From the NCBI GenBank assembly GCA_964344235.1, contig CAYFMJ010000001.1, positions 288,001-352,000 of the forward strand: 64,000 nt of DNA, given 5' to 3'. A model generated the notes under the pieces. That model was not told where the DNA came from. It searched no databases and saw only the letters and a list, made by a program, of their open reading frames with translations. Position 1 is the stretch's first letter; every line of letters starts with the position of its first letter. This stretch comes from an uncultured Methanosarcinales archaeon. Its GTDB lineage: Archaea > Nanobdellota > Nanobdellia > Woesearchaeales > GW2011-AR9. The translations under genes were made by a program, and so were the position numbers. Shown piece after piece: positions 27,998 to 37,255 of the stretch.

Positions 27998-29009
27998 TTT
28001 CTTGGTATGTTTTTATTGCGTTCTTTAAATGTGTTATCTTTCGTTGCAATCCAGGAAGCAATTCATCAATAAAATCACTATTGAGCGAATAGTTTAATAA
28101 ATCTTCCACCCATATACGGATTGCGACAATGGGGATACATTCTTTTTCTTGTGCTGTTAAAGGTAATTCTTGGTTGTATGTTTCAATGTAGTGGGTTGCT
28201 CTTTCTTGATTAAATGGTATGATGTTGCCTTCTGCGTTCCTCGTTGAGAAACACCACATCGCGTAAACTACATCTCTGATATGAGGAATATACATCATCT
28301 CGTCTGGGTCAAGCAGTGCACTTACCTCGCCTTTTTGATAAATAACGTTTCCTGGCCAGATGTCTTTATGCGCAACGATTTTTGGTAAAGCAGGGTATTG
28401 TTTTTTATCAACCAATGCTATTTGTTGCTCAACAAGCGGGAGCACTTCTTGTACTCGCTGACGAAACATGCTTGCTGTAGCGCTTTTTGCTTTCTTGCGT
28501 ACTTCTTGTAACGTTACCTGTAACCGTTCCCGGCGGAGGAAAATGCTTCTTGTCTCTTTTATGTGCATAACATTGGTGGGTGCCATCGTAGTGAGTGTGC
28601 GGTTTAGTGTTGCATGGAACTTTGCCATGCTTTGGACTTCAGGTATTATGCTTTGAAATGAACTGCCTTCAATAAAAGGGTAGAGAACGTAATAGTTCTC
28701 ATTATACTTGACATAGATAGTATTTTCATTTGTTGTTAGATAGCTGACGAGTGGAATATTCTCGTTCATTACATGCTGCATGAAATGTTGCAAGCCTTTA
28801 AAGTAGTGTTCTGGAGTGCATAATGCAAAATATTCTTTAGGGATTTCTTTCAGCACGAATTTTGTTGTTCCCTCTGTTAAAAGATGAAGCGAACTTTTTG
28901 CATTAAATTTTATGTGAGTTGATGAACTAAGATTTTTTAGGTTTTTAGAATATGATCTGTTGATGTTTTGTAGCAAATTTTGGGATATCATTGTTTTTGA
29001 TTTATACAA
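27978..29009 (-). CDS. APH/type II homoserine kinase-like phosphotransferase
   Basis: FVLKE, AHKDIWPGNV (Brenner-like motif), LLDPD. Confidence 0.78.
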   Translation of the reverse strand: MYKSKTMISQNLLQNINRSYSKNLKNLSSSTHIKFNAKSSLHLLTEGTTKFVLKEIPKEYFALCTPEHYFKGLQHFMQHVMNENIPLVSYLTTNENTIYVKYNENYYVLYPFIEGSSFQSIIPEVQSMAKFHATLNRTLTTMAPTNVMHIKETRSIFLRRERLQVTLQEVRKKAKSATASMFRQRVQEVLPLVEQQIALVDKKQYPALPKIVAHKDIWPGNVIYQKGEVSALLDPDEMMYIPHIRDVVYAMWCFSTRNAEGNIIPFNQERATHYIETYNQELPLTAQEKECIPIVAIRIWVEDLLNYSLNSDFIDELLPGLQRKITHLKNAIKTYQENGFPTI

Positions 29010-29063
29010 TAATTACACTTTTAAATAATTCTTTCCCTGTTTCTTGACTTTCTTTTCATAATC

Positions 29064-29071
29064 TATTTAAA
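29064..29071 (+). promoter_or_regulatory. Archaeal TATA-like box upstream of neuB
   Basis: TATTTAAA ending 23 nt before ATG 29095. Confidence 0.5.
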
Positions 29072-29094
29072 CCGTTCTTTCTCGTTTTTGCAGA

Positions 29095-30141
29095 ATGGAC
29101 TCAGAGATATATCAGCGGTTGACAAATGAGACGAAACCTTTTGTTCTGGCGGAAATTGGTTCAAATCACATGGCCAGTATGGAGACTGCTAAAGAGCTTA
29201 TTGATGCAGCGGTTGAAGCTGGCTGTGATGGTGTTAAGTTTCAATCACTTGGTTGGAATGATTGGAATTCGAAAACGGTTTTTCAAAAAAGACGTAACTA
29301 TACTGCTCCTGGCTTGCTAGTGGTTGGGCTAGAGGCCACTAATAAGTTACTTGAACTCTCAAAAGAGCAACATCACGAATTAAAAAGGTATTGTGATGAG
29401 AAAGGCATTCTTTTTTCTTCAACTCCCGCAACTAACGCCCAAATAGATATGCTTGTTGATGAGCTGAAAGTTCCATTCTTAAAAATTGCTTCAATGGATT
29501 TAACAAACCACGATTTCCTACGCTATGCTGCATCGAAGGGCGTTCCGATTGTTCTTTCAACGGGGATGGCACTACTTCATGAAATTGCCGAGGCTGTTGA
29601 AGTAATTAAGGGAACCGGTAATGATCAATTGATTCTTCTACATTGTGTGGCAACATATCCTACCCCTCACGATTGGGTTGATCTCCAAAACATCTCCATG
29701 TTAAAAGATACTTTTGGTTTTCCAATTGGCTTTTCAGATCACACTTTGACAGCGGATATCCCAATTGCATCAGTGGCGTTGGGTGCTTGTTTTATTGAGA
29801 AACATTTTATGTTAGAAGGGCAGGAGTGTCGTGAAAAGAAAGTATCCATTACTCCCTCACAAATGAAGCGATTGGTAGAAGGGGCACATAATGTTGGTAT
29901 GGCAATGGGAACGTATCATAGACGCTTAACTGAGCAGGAAGTAATACGAAGAGGATGGATGCGTCGAGGGATTTTGGTTCGAAAAGATTTACCTGCAGGA
30001 CATATTCTTACGAGGGAAGATTTAGTCTTTAAGAGACCAAGTGGTAAGATCCCCGCCAAGGATTGGAAGTATGTTGTTGGGAGAAAGCTTAAGGAGGCAA
30101 GGGAAGCAGATGATGTTCTTGGTTTAGAGGATTTTGAGTGA
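29095..30141 (+). CDS. neuB: Nonulosonic acid (N-acylneuraminate-type) synthase with SAF domain
   Basis: AEIGSNH, VKFQ, KIASMD, LSTGM, LHCVATYP, GFSDHT, IEKHF, FKRP. Confidence 0.92.
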   Translation: MDSEIYQRLTNETKPFVLAEIGSNHMASMETAKELIDAAVEAGCDGVKFQSLGWNDWNSKTVFQKRRNYTAPGLLVVGLEATNKLLELSKEQHHELKRYCDEKGILFSSTPATNAQIDMLVDELKVPFLKIASMDLTNHDFLRYAASKGVPIVLSTGMALLHEIAEAVEVIKGTGNDQLILLHCVATYPTPHDWVDLQNISMLKDTFGFPIGFSDHTLTADIPIASVALGACFIEKHFMLEGQECREKKVSITPSQMKRLVEGAHNVGMAMGTYHRRLTEQEVIRRGWMRRGILVRKDLPAGHILTREDLVFKRPSGKIPAKDWKYVVGRKLKEAREADDVLGLEDFE

Positions 30142-30279
30142 GAAAGGTAAGAATTATCCTTAAGACATTGCCCAACAATCTCTATGTTCTGTGACAAGTC
30201 TCTAAAAAATCCCGAGTGATGTTACGTTGTTCTATAGTTCCACAACGCTTATTAGTTTTCCTTTATCAGGTGGCAGATT

Positions 30280-31386
30280 ATGAATATACTTGTTACTGGA
30301 ACGCACAGAGAAGCGACAAACACCCTCACTCCTGTTGTAAAAGAATTGGTGCGAAGGGGTCATGATGTGACGGTTTATGCAACAGGGAATGAGCGGGAAG
30401 CGGCAGGATTTAATGGACTTGAATATGAACAGCAGATCCCTACTTCTGATCAATACATAGTGTTAGTTCAAGGTTATGATCTTGTTGTCGCAGGCGTGTC
30501 AGGGCCACAAACTCCAGATGGATATGTCATTCGCGCCGCAAGGGATAGAGGAATACCTGTTGTTGGTGTTGTTGGGCAGAATCGAGTGTTTAATGTTCGT
30601 TTTGGTACTGTTGATGATTTACCTGATCATATTACTGTTCCAGGGGAAGATTCATACGATTTAGTGAGGGAAGCTGTCGGTGAATGTCTGGCAACGGAAA
30701 TAATCCGAAGAGCGGTTCCGGTTGGCTTTCCAGCGTTTGATCATTACGCAGCAACGCGTGAGCGTTTTACTTCTAAACGGCGAGAAGCATTTGTTGCTGA
30801 ACTTGAATTGGAAGGGCCGTTTGTTTTTTACCCCTCTGCAAATTTAGACCCAAACACCGACTACATGCGGAGATCGACACGAGATCCTGTTGACAAACGG
30901 CAACGGTTTGAGTATGCTCTACGGCTTACTGAAGAAACATTTAGAGTGGCGTCAGACTTAGGTTTGCATATGGTTGTAAAGCCTCATCCTGGTGAGCAGA
31001 CAAGACCCAGACACACTTTAGGGCTTGCGGAACGATTTGGCGTTACATATTTGAGCTACGATCGGTGTGGGACCCAGGATTTACTCCTTGCATCTGCTGT
31101 AGTAGTTGCAGGAGAGAGCGGCTGTTTAAATGAAGGGTGCCTCTTTGATAGAAATACAGGGGCGTTGTTTCCTGGATTGGATGAGGATGTTGTACCCCAA
31201 TTCTCTGCGACGAAAACGGGAGCGATTCCTTACACTTTCGAATGGGAGGGTATTGGAAGGATCCTTACTGAGCTTACTTCCTCAGATGAAGATGTACAAC
31301 GGAGACTTGCTGATCAAAGAAAAAGGTTTTCTGTTGATGGAAAAGGCGCACAGCGTGTTGCAGATTTAGTTGAGAGAGTGCTCTGA
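30280..31386 (+). CDS. GT-B-fold protein of unknown function (epimerase/transferase-like)
   Basis: MNILVTG...ELVRRGHDVTVY, VGFPAFD, VKPHPGE, DGKGAQRVADL (similar to the DGxAxxRI tail of UDP-GlcNAc 2-epimerase-like folds). Confidence 0.55.
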   Translation: MNILVTGTHREATNTLTPVVKELVRRGHDVTVYATGNEREAAGFNGLEYEQQIPTSDQYIVLVQGYDLVVAGVSGPQTPDGYVIRAARDRGIPVVGVVGQNRVFNVRFGTVDDLPDHITVPGEDSYDLVREAVGECLATEIIRRAVPVGFPAFDHYAATRERFTSKRREAFVAELELEGPFVFYPSANLDPNTDYMRRSTRDPVDKRQRFEYALRLTEETFRVASDLGLHMVVKPHPGEQTRPRHTLGLAERFGVTYLSYDRCGTQDLLLASAVVVAGESGCLNEGCLFDRNTGALFPGLDEDVVPQFSATKTGAIPYTFEWEGIGRILTELTSSDEDVQRRLADQRKRFSVDGKGAQRVADLVERVL

Positions 31387-31414
31387 GCAAGTTGAGTATT
31401 CCTTGGGGTGTTCT

Positions 31415-32488
31415 TTAGGGGCGAGTTGGTATTACTGGTTGCCCTGTTTTTGATCTGAAAATATCTGTATGCCCAACATAGTCTATCTTTCCTGTCTTTA
31501 TCATTTGGAAAGCAAGATCTTTGAATCTAGCACTCCACTCTCTACGAAATCCTTCTGCTCCATAGTAGTTCGCAGCAGAGCCTACGGTGTGAGCTACACG
31601 TAAAAGAAGTTCTAATTGCTGTGTTAGCGGACCTTCATGGTTGTACGTTCCTCCCTCACTTTGATGGCCCCTTCGTAACGCTTCTTGTCCAGCAATCAAT
31701 GTTTCATTGTCAAAATAGCTAGTGAACAGTGAATGGACGAGGTACATTTCTTGTTCCACCGGTCCTGCTTGACTCCATTCAACATCGGGAAAACTGGGAT
31801 TACCTGCACTGTCAACGAGAATATTTCTTGGATGTAAATCAGCTATTGTGAACACGGGGGTGATATGGCTTTCAACTTCTACTATACTCGCAAGGCTTCT
31901 CTCGAGAAAACGATTTACTTCTTCTACTTCCCTTTCAGTGTATGCTGGGGATTGTGTCAATCTGGCTAATCGATAAACAATAAATTGTTTTGCTCTTGCT
32001 GTGAACTGTGGGGGGCCTTGCACACCTTCGGGATTGATGTCACCAAATTTTTCGTATGTTTTGCGGTGGGCTTTTGCTAATTCCATCCCTAGTCTTTCTA
32101 AAGAGGCAAGAAAAACGCCTAATGAATAATCGTGTTCTCTCAAATATTGATCCCATGTCTTTCCAGTGAGTTTTTCTGCAACAAGGAATCGTTCATCGTC
32201 AACTTTGAAAGGACCTCTCATTTTTGGAGTACGAATCCCTAATTCATTCCTGAGAAAGTTACACAGATAGCCTTCTCTCTCTAGGGAAATTACTCCCCCG
32301 TAATGTGAATCTCTTTTCACCCTGTGCTTGTCTAATTTTGTAGCTCTTTCAAATCGTACGACAACTTCTTCACCGGAATCTAACGTTACCTCAAAGTTAT
32401 CATGAGATCGACCTTCAGAAATTGCGGTAATGGTGTCAACAGAATGTCCTGCTTGTTCAAGTAGTCTCTGAGCACGTTGTTGGTCCAT
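31415..32488 (-). CDS. APH-family phosphotransferase
   Basis: EGRSHDNF, VVVRF, IADLHPRNILVD, FPDVE. Confidence 0.72.
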   Translation of the reverse strand: MDQQRAQRLLEQAGHSVDTITAISEGRSHDNFEVTLDSGEEVVVRFERATKLDKHRVKRDSHYGGVISLEREGYLCNFLRNELGIRTPKMRGPFKVDDERFLVAEKLTGKTWDQYLREHDYSLGVFLASLERLGMELAKAHRKTYEKFGDINPEGVQGPPQFTARAKQFIVYRLARLTQSPAYTEREVEEVNRFLERSLASIVEVESHITPVFTIADLHPRNILVDSAGNPSFPDVEWSQAGPVEQEMYLVHSLFTSYFDNETLIAGQEALRRGHQSEGGTYNHEGPLTQQLELLLRVAHTVGSAANYYGAEGFRREWSARFKDLAFQMIKTGKIDYVGHTDIFRSKTGQPVIPTRP

Positions 32489-33180
32489 TATCCTCTTTTC
32501 CGCATTAAGAATTCTGTTATGTCAAAGTCGTGTTGTGTATCAATGTCGGTTGAATGCTCAACCGGCATAATATAAGGGTACGTTTTATCCGGGTACTCTC
32601 CACTTTCATCAAAAAGAACAGATGGTTTGAACACAAACATATTCCCATTGTGAAGGTACACTTTGTCGTTGTCTTGTCGGTTCCCGAAGACTCCCTTTCT
32701 GTTGCTCCTAGGTCTTATAGTTCCATCGTCTTGAATTATCTTAATTCTGTTAGGGTGGACATCAGTTTCACACACTCCTATGACAGCATTTGCATTGTTT
32801 TTGAGAAAAATCTCAATGGCATTGTCAATATCCTGGGCTGTCCGCAAGGGTGAAGTTGGCTGTAAAATAACAACAATGTCTGGGTTGTACCCTGTCTCTT
32901 TCTGTAATCGGTCAATTGTGTAACGGTAGGCATCTGTTGCATCTGCATCATCTGTTGCTAATTCAGCTGGCCGCATAAATGGAATTTCGATGTCATAATG
33001 AGAACAAACTTGAGAGATCTCATTACTGTCAGTTGATAAAACCAGTTTGTTGATAAACTTTGATTTATTCGCTGCTTCAATAGAATAGGCAACCAGCGGT
33101 TTGCCATTTAGGGGCTTAATGTTCTTTCCAGGAAGGCCTTTTGATCCTCCGCGAGCTGGAATAATTGCTAAAATATTCAT
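32488..33180 (-). CDS. neuA: Acylneuraminate cytidylyltransferase (CMP-nonulosonate synthetase)
   Basis: IIPARGGSKGLPGKN, LSTDS, LQPTSPLR, DIDTQHDF. Confidence 0.92.
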   Translation of the reverse strand: MNILAIIPARGGSKGLPGKNIKPLNGKPLVAYSIEAANKSKFINKLVLSTDSNEISQVCSHYDIEIPFMRPAELATDDADATDAYRYTIDRLQKETGYNPDIVVILQPTSPLRTAQDIDNAIEIFLKNNANAVIGVCETDVHPNRIKIIQDDGTIRPRSNRKGVFGNRQDNDKVYLHNGNMFVFKPSVLFDESGEYPDKTYPYIMPVEHSTDIDTQHDFDITEFLMRKRG

Positions 33181-33277
33181 TCTGTTATCACTATTTATGT
33201 TTATTATAAAGCTTTTGGAAGATTAATTCTTTCTATATTACAACTCCATAATTCTTATAAATTAATCCTTAACCACA

Positions 33278-35458
33278 ATGATTAAAAAGATGGATAAACC
33301 AGCAATCATAGGTGGAAGAAAAGAGTTTGAAGAGTTTTTACCGATAGTAAGACCTTCTTTACCAACACTCTCTCAGATAAGCGTTCAAGTAGAAGAAGTT
33401 CTGGCGAGCGGCATGGTGACGAATTTTTCGAAGTATACTCAACAGCTGGAACGTGAGTGTGGAAATTATCTAAACGTTAATTTTAGTCTTTCTCAACCAA
33501 ACGCCACCACTGGATTACTGTTACTCTGTAAAGTGTTAGGTCTTACGGGAGAAGTTATTGTACCAAGTTTTACTTTCTCAGCGACTGTTCATGCACTGAT
33601 TTGGAATGGCCTTACACCAGTTTTTGTTGATATTGACCCTGAAACGTTTAACATTGATCCAAAACTCGTGGAAGAAAAGATAACAGACAAGACCTCTGCC
33701 ATTTTAGGAGTACACATTTTTGGTAATCCCTGTGACGTTAAGGAATTAGAAGAAATAGCGAGGAAACATGATTTAAAATTACTCTTCGATGCTGCTCATG
33801 CCTTTGGTTCGGAGTATCAAGGAAAGAAAATCGGAGGCTGTGGTGATGCAGAAGTTTTTAGTATGAGCGGAACTAAATTATTAGTGACTGGAGAGGGAGG
33901 TTTAATTACCACTACAGATAAAGATTTGTCTGACAAGCTTAGGTTAGCAAGGAACTATGGGGATCCGGGAAATTATAATTGTGTTTTTGTTGGTTTTAAT
34001 GGAAAAATGTCTGAGTTTTCAGCGATTATTGGCTTGCAGTCTCTGAAAGATATTTCTGGTCAAGTTAGGAATAGAAATATTATTAGAAATATTTTCGAAC
34101 AAGAGTTACGAAGTGTTCCGGGAATTAGTTTTCAGAAGATAAGAGAAGGAAATATCACATCAGTGAAAGACTTTTCAATTATAGTTGATAAGAATGAATT
34201 TGGCATCAGTAGAGATCAATTGGCTAAGTGTTTAGCAGCGGAGAACATTCATTCCAAAAAATATTTTTATCCTCCAATTCATTTTATGGATGCTTATAGA
34301 GAGTTTCATGAACAGTATTATGGGAAACTACCACACACGGAAAAAGTCTCCTGGAACATTCTTTGTTTGCCGATCCATAGTACTATGTCGGAAGAGCAGG
34401 TAAAGAAGATATGCAATGCAATTAGGAGAATTCAGCATTTTCATCAAGAAATTGTTCAGGAAGCGGAAGATATTAGTTCAGTGTTGATAACAGGGGGCGC
34501 AGGGTATGTGGGAGTTGTCTTAGCAAGGCAGTTGTTAGAGCAAGGGTATAAAGTTAAAATTCTGGACCAGCTTATTTTTGGTAAAGAGCCTTTACAAGAG
34601 ATTGAAGGACATCCAAACTTTAGCTTGGAAGTTGGTGTGGTTGAGGATAAATATGTGGTAGAAAAGAGTTTAGAGGGGATTGATGCAGTTATTCATTTGT
34701 CTGGTTTATCCAATGATCCTTCTTGTGAGTTAAACTCTGATTTGACGAAGAAATCAAATATAGATGCAACGAAAGTTCTTTTACAGTTTGCAAAAGCAAA
34801 AGGCGTAAAGAGATTTATCAATGCTTCTTCATGTAGTGTGTATGGTTTTACAAATGGTGTTTTGGTGGATGAACAAAGTCCGCCAAACCCTCTGACTGCT
34901 TATGCAAAATCGAAAGTAAAAAGTGAGGAGTTAGTTCTCGCTGAGTCAGAGGAAGATTTTGTGACAGTTTGTTTACGAAAATCAACGATTTATGGCCCTT
35001 CACCAAGAATGAGGTTTGATCTTGTTATTAACACAATGACGGGAATGGGAATGAGTGAGGGCAAGATTGTTATCAATGGTGGTGAACAATGGCGCCCTTT
35101 CTTGCATGTTGAAGATGCAGCGAGTGCGTATCTGTTTATGTTACAAGCACCTAAAGAACAAATCAATGGGCAAGTGTTCAACGTAGGGAGTAACTACCAA
35201 AACATTAAAATTATAGATTTGGCGCATAGAATTGCTGCTGTTCTTCCTGGCGTAAAGGTTGAGCAGAGTCACTCTCCCGATAAAAGGAGTTATTTAGTTA
35301 GTTTTGATAAAATCAGTGCACTTGGCTGGAAAGCTACATTTGATATCGAAGATGGAGTTCATGGTGTGAAAAAACTATTTGATGAAGGAAAAGTGAAGAA
35401 TTTTCGCGATTTAAATTATTTTAACATAAAGAGAATGATTTCCTATTTGAATGTTTAG
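33278..35458 (+). CDS. Fusion protein: DegT-family aminotransferase plus NAD-dependent epimerase/dehydratase
   Basis: N-terminal DAAHAFG, MSGTKLLVTGEGG, GFNGKMSE; C-terminal ITGGAGYVG, ASSCSVYG, YAKSK; one 726 aa ORF. Confidence 0.88.
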   Translation: MIKKMDKPAIIGGRKEFEEFLPIVRPSLPTLSQISVQVEEVLASGMVTNFSKYTQQLERECGNYLNVNFSLSQPNATTGLLLLCKVLGLTGEVIVPSFTFSATVHALIWNGLTPVFVDIDPETFNIDPKLVEEKITDKTSAILGVHIFGNPCDVKELEEIARKHDLKLLFDAAHAFGSEYQGKKIGGCGDAEVFSMSGTKLLVTGEGGLITTTDKDLSDKLRLARNYGDPGNYNCVFVGFNGKMSEFSAIIGLQSLKDISGQVRNRNIIRNIFEQELRSVPGISFQKIREGNITSVKDFSIIVDKNEFGISRDQLAKCLAAENIHSKKYFYPPIHFMDAYREFHEQYYGKLPHTEKVSWNILCLPIHSTMSEEQVKKICNAIRRIQHFHQEIVQEAEDISSVLITGGAGYVGVVLARQLLEQGYKVKILDQLIFGKEPLQEIEGHPNFSLEVGVVEDKYVVEKSLEGIDAVIHLSGLSNDPSCELNSDLTKKSNIDATKVLLQFAKAKGVKRFINASSCSVYGFTNGVLVDEQSPPNPLTAYAKSKVKSEELVLAESEEDFVTVCLRKSTIYGPSPRMRFDLVINTMTGMGMSEGKIVINGGEQWRPFLHVEDAASAYLFMLQAPKEQINGQVFNVGSNYQNIKIIDLAHRIAAVLPGVKVEQSHSPDKRSYLVSFDKISALGWKATFDIEDGVHGVKKLFDEGKVKNFRDLNYFNIKRMISYLNV

Positions 35459-36090
35459 AATTTCTTTGCAACCACTAAGATGTCTGATGCTGCTAGTTTA
35501 AAAATGTTCCATTCAGGAAGTAATAGCCCTAATGAAACAATTTCAGGACTCCGTTTTTCAAAATGAGTAACATTGAATGAAGCTCTCTTCAGCAAATTGC
35601 AAATCTCTTGCGTACCAAAGCCAAGACAATGTTCTGGTCTTTCTGCTTTCACGTACTTCTTTTCATTAATAATCGAAGCAAAATTTTTGACAATATTTTC
35701 AGAATTGGGTACAATGATGATTGCCCCTCCATCTTCTTTAAGCACTCGGCCTATCTCCTGCAAGGCTAGCATGGGGGTATCAAGGTGCTCTAAGACCATT
35801 GAAAAAATAACTTTGTTGAAAAAGCCGTCCGGGAATGGTAGCTTTTCTCTCGTAATATCAACAACAATGGTTTGTGGTGTAAATTTATTGATGTCAATTG
35901 GGTAGTACTGCTTAGGATCGTTTAGTGTAAGATATTGTAACTGTAGATTGGTGCAAGCACCGATATCAAGAACGTTGTCAGTTGGTTTAATAAAAGTAGC
36001 GATATATTGCCTTCTTCTCACTGCCGATTTTCTTTGTTTTTTCTGTACATTAGCGTGTTGATATGAGTGAAACCTATTGTGTTTTTTCAT
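35455..36090 (-). CDS. Class I SAM-dependent methyltransferase
   Basis: VLDIGAC, LPFPDGFF, VLEHL, IIIVPN. Confidence 0.8.
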   Translation of the reverse strand: MKKHNRFHSYQHANVQKKQRKSAVRRRQYIATFIKPTDNVLDIGACTNLQLQYLTLNDPKQYYPIDINKFTPQTIVVDITREKLPFPDGFFNKVIFSMVLEHLDTPMLALQEIGRVLKEDGGAIIIVPNSENIVKNFASIINEKKYVKAERPEHCLGFGTQEICNLLKRASFNVTHFEKRSPEIVSLGLLLPEWNIFKLAASDILVVAKKF

Positions 36091-36223
36091 TTATTCTTGT
36101 GTAAGCTCGTCCTTTTTTTAAGTTTGTGGAAGTTAGCTGGAAAGAATAGAATCTTTAATTAAATGAAAAGTTACACATAAACTTAATATAGTGGGCGTAA
36201 CTACAGAGAAAGAGTAAAAGGAA

Positions 36224-37150
36224 ATGACAAAAACAATGAGAGACCAACTTCGTGCTGATGGTGAATTGGCGTTGGCAGGCCTTGTTCATCCAGAGATTAT
36301 TCGTGGTGACCCTGCGTCTTGTACAGCAGAATTTAGCAAATTAATTGTTAATCTTTGCCTCCGTGTGGAAGATGATGATTATGTACGACGTATTACAGAA
36401 GACGATGTTGATCGAGTGATGCTTCATGCAGATTCCCAGATTGGAAGACCAGAAGCCCACCGTTCTCACATTATCACAACAGGGTATTTGTTCCAAAGTC
36501 TCACAGCAGCTCTTCTTGATACACATCCAGACTTAGATTTACCCCATCCGGATATTGCGCGTGCTATGGGTTGGCTACACGATCTTAATATGATGTTTAG
36601 TAGTTATCAACGAGGAGGTCAATTGTCGAAGGAATTAGATTTGTTTTTCTTAGGTGCTATGAATGGCTGGACACGGATAGCAGATCATATGGCGATGCAT
36701 AGTGCTTATTTTGAGATTGGACAGCTTCTTACTGGGGAGTATCAATTTCCAGAAAAAAATGAAGCGTATGAAGGTATGCGGGAAGTTCTAAGGGGAGGGG
36801 GCCCATTATCACTTACTGCTATCACAGAGCGGTTTAGAGGATATCATCGAGGTACTGATAACATGCCGCTACTCGCCTTAACAGTGGTTGATTATATGGA
36901 ACGTGGTTTAAGAACCTTTGATCCTACGAAGATAGAAGCGGACTTTGCTGCACGATCGGAGGATGTTCTTTGGCGCTACCATGGGAAACATGTAGAAGCA
37001 GAAATGGCGCCACCGCCTCTTGGCGTTGCGTTAATGTCGGGGGGATTAACGAGAATAAAAGGGTACAAAGACATAGTTAGAAAACTTCTTTCTGATGATA
37101 TTGAAGCAATTGATAGGTTACGAGAAACAACTCATCTGTTTAAGAAATGA
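36224..37150 (+). CDS. Hypothetical HD-domain-like protein
   Basis: HRSH...GWLHDL...VVDY; own TATA-like box near 36182-36190. Confidence 0.55.
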   Translation: MTKTMRDQLRADGELALAGLVHPEIIRGDPASCTAEFSKLIVNLCLRVEDDDYVRRITEDDVDRVMLHADSQIGRPEAHRSHIITTGYLFQSLTAALLDTHPDLDLPHPDIARAMGWLHDLNMMFSSYQRGGQLSKELDLFFLGAMNGWTRIADHMAMHSAYFEIGQLLTGEYQFPEKNEAYEGMREVLRGGGPLSLTAITERFRGYHRGTDNMPLLALTVVDYMERGLRTFDPTKIEADFAARSEDVLWRYHGKHVEAEMAPPPLGVALMSGGLTRIKGYKDIVRKLLSDDIEAIDRLRETTHLFKK

Positions 37151-37255
37151 TCTTCTGTTCAATAGAATTCCTGAATTTTTGTTACTTTTAAACAATAATC
37201 CATAAACTTAATAAAGAAATTTGGTGCTTTTGATTGAGTCAAGGTGGAATGATAT

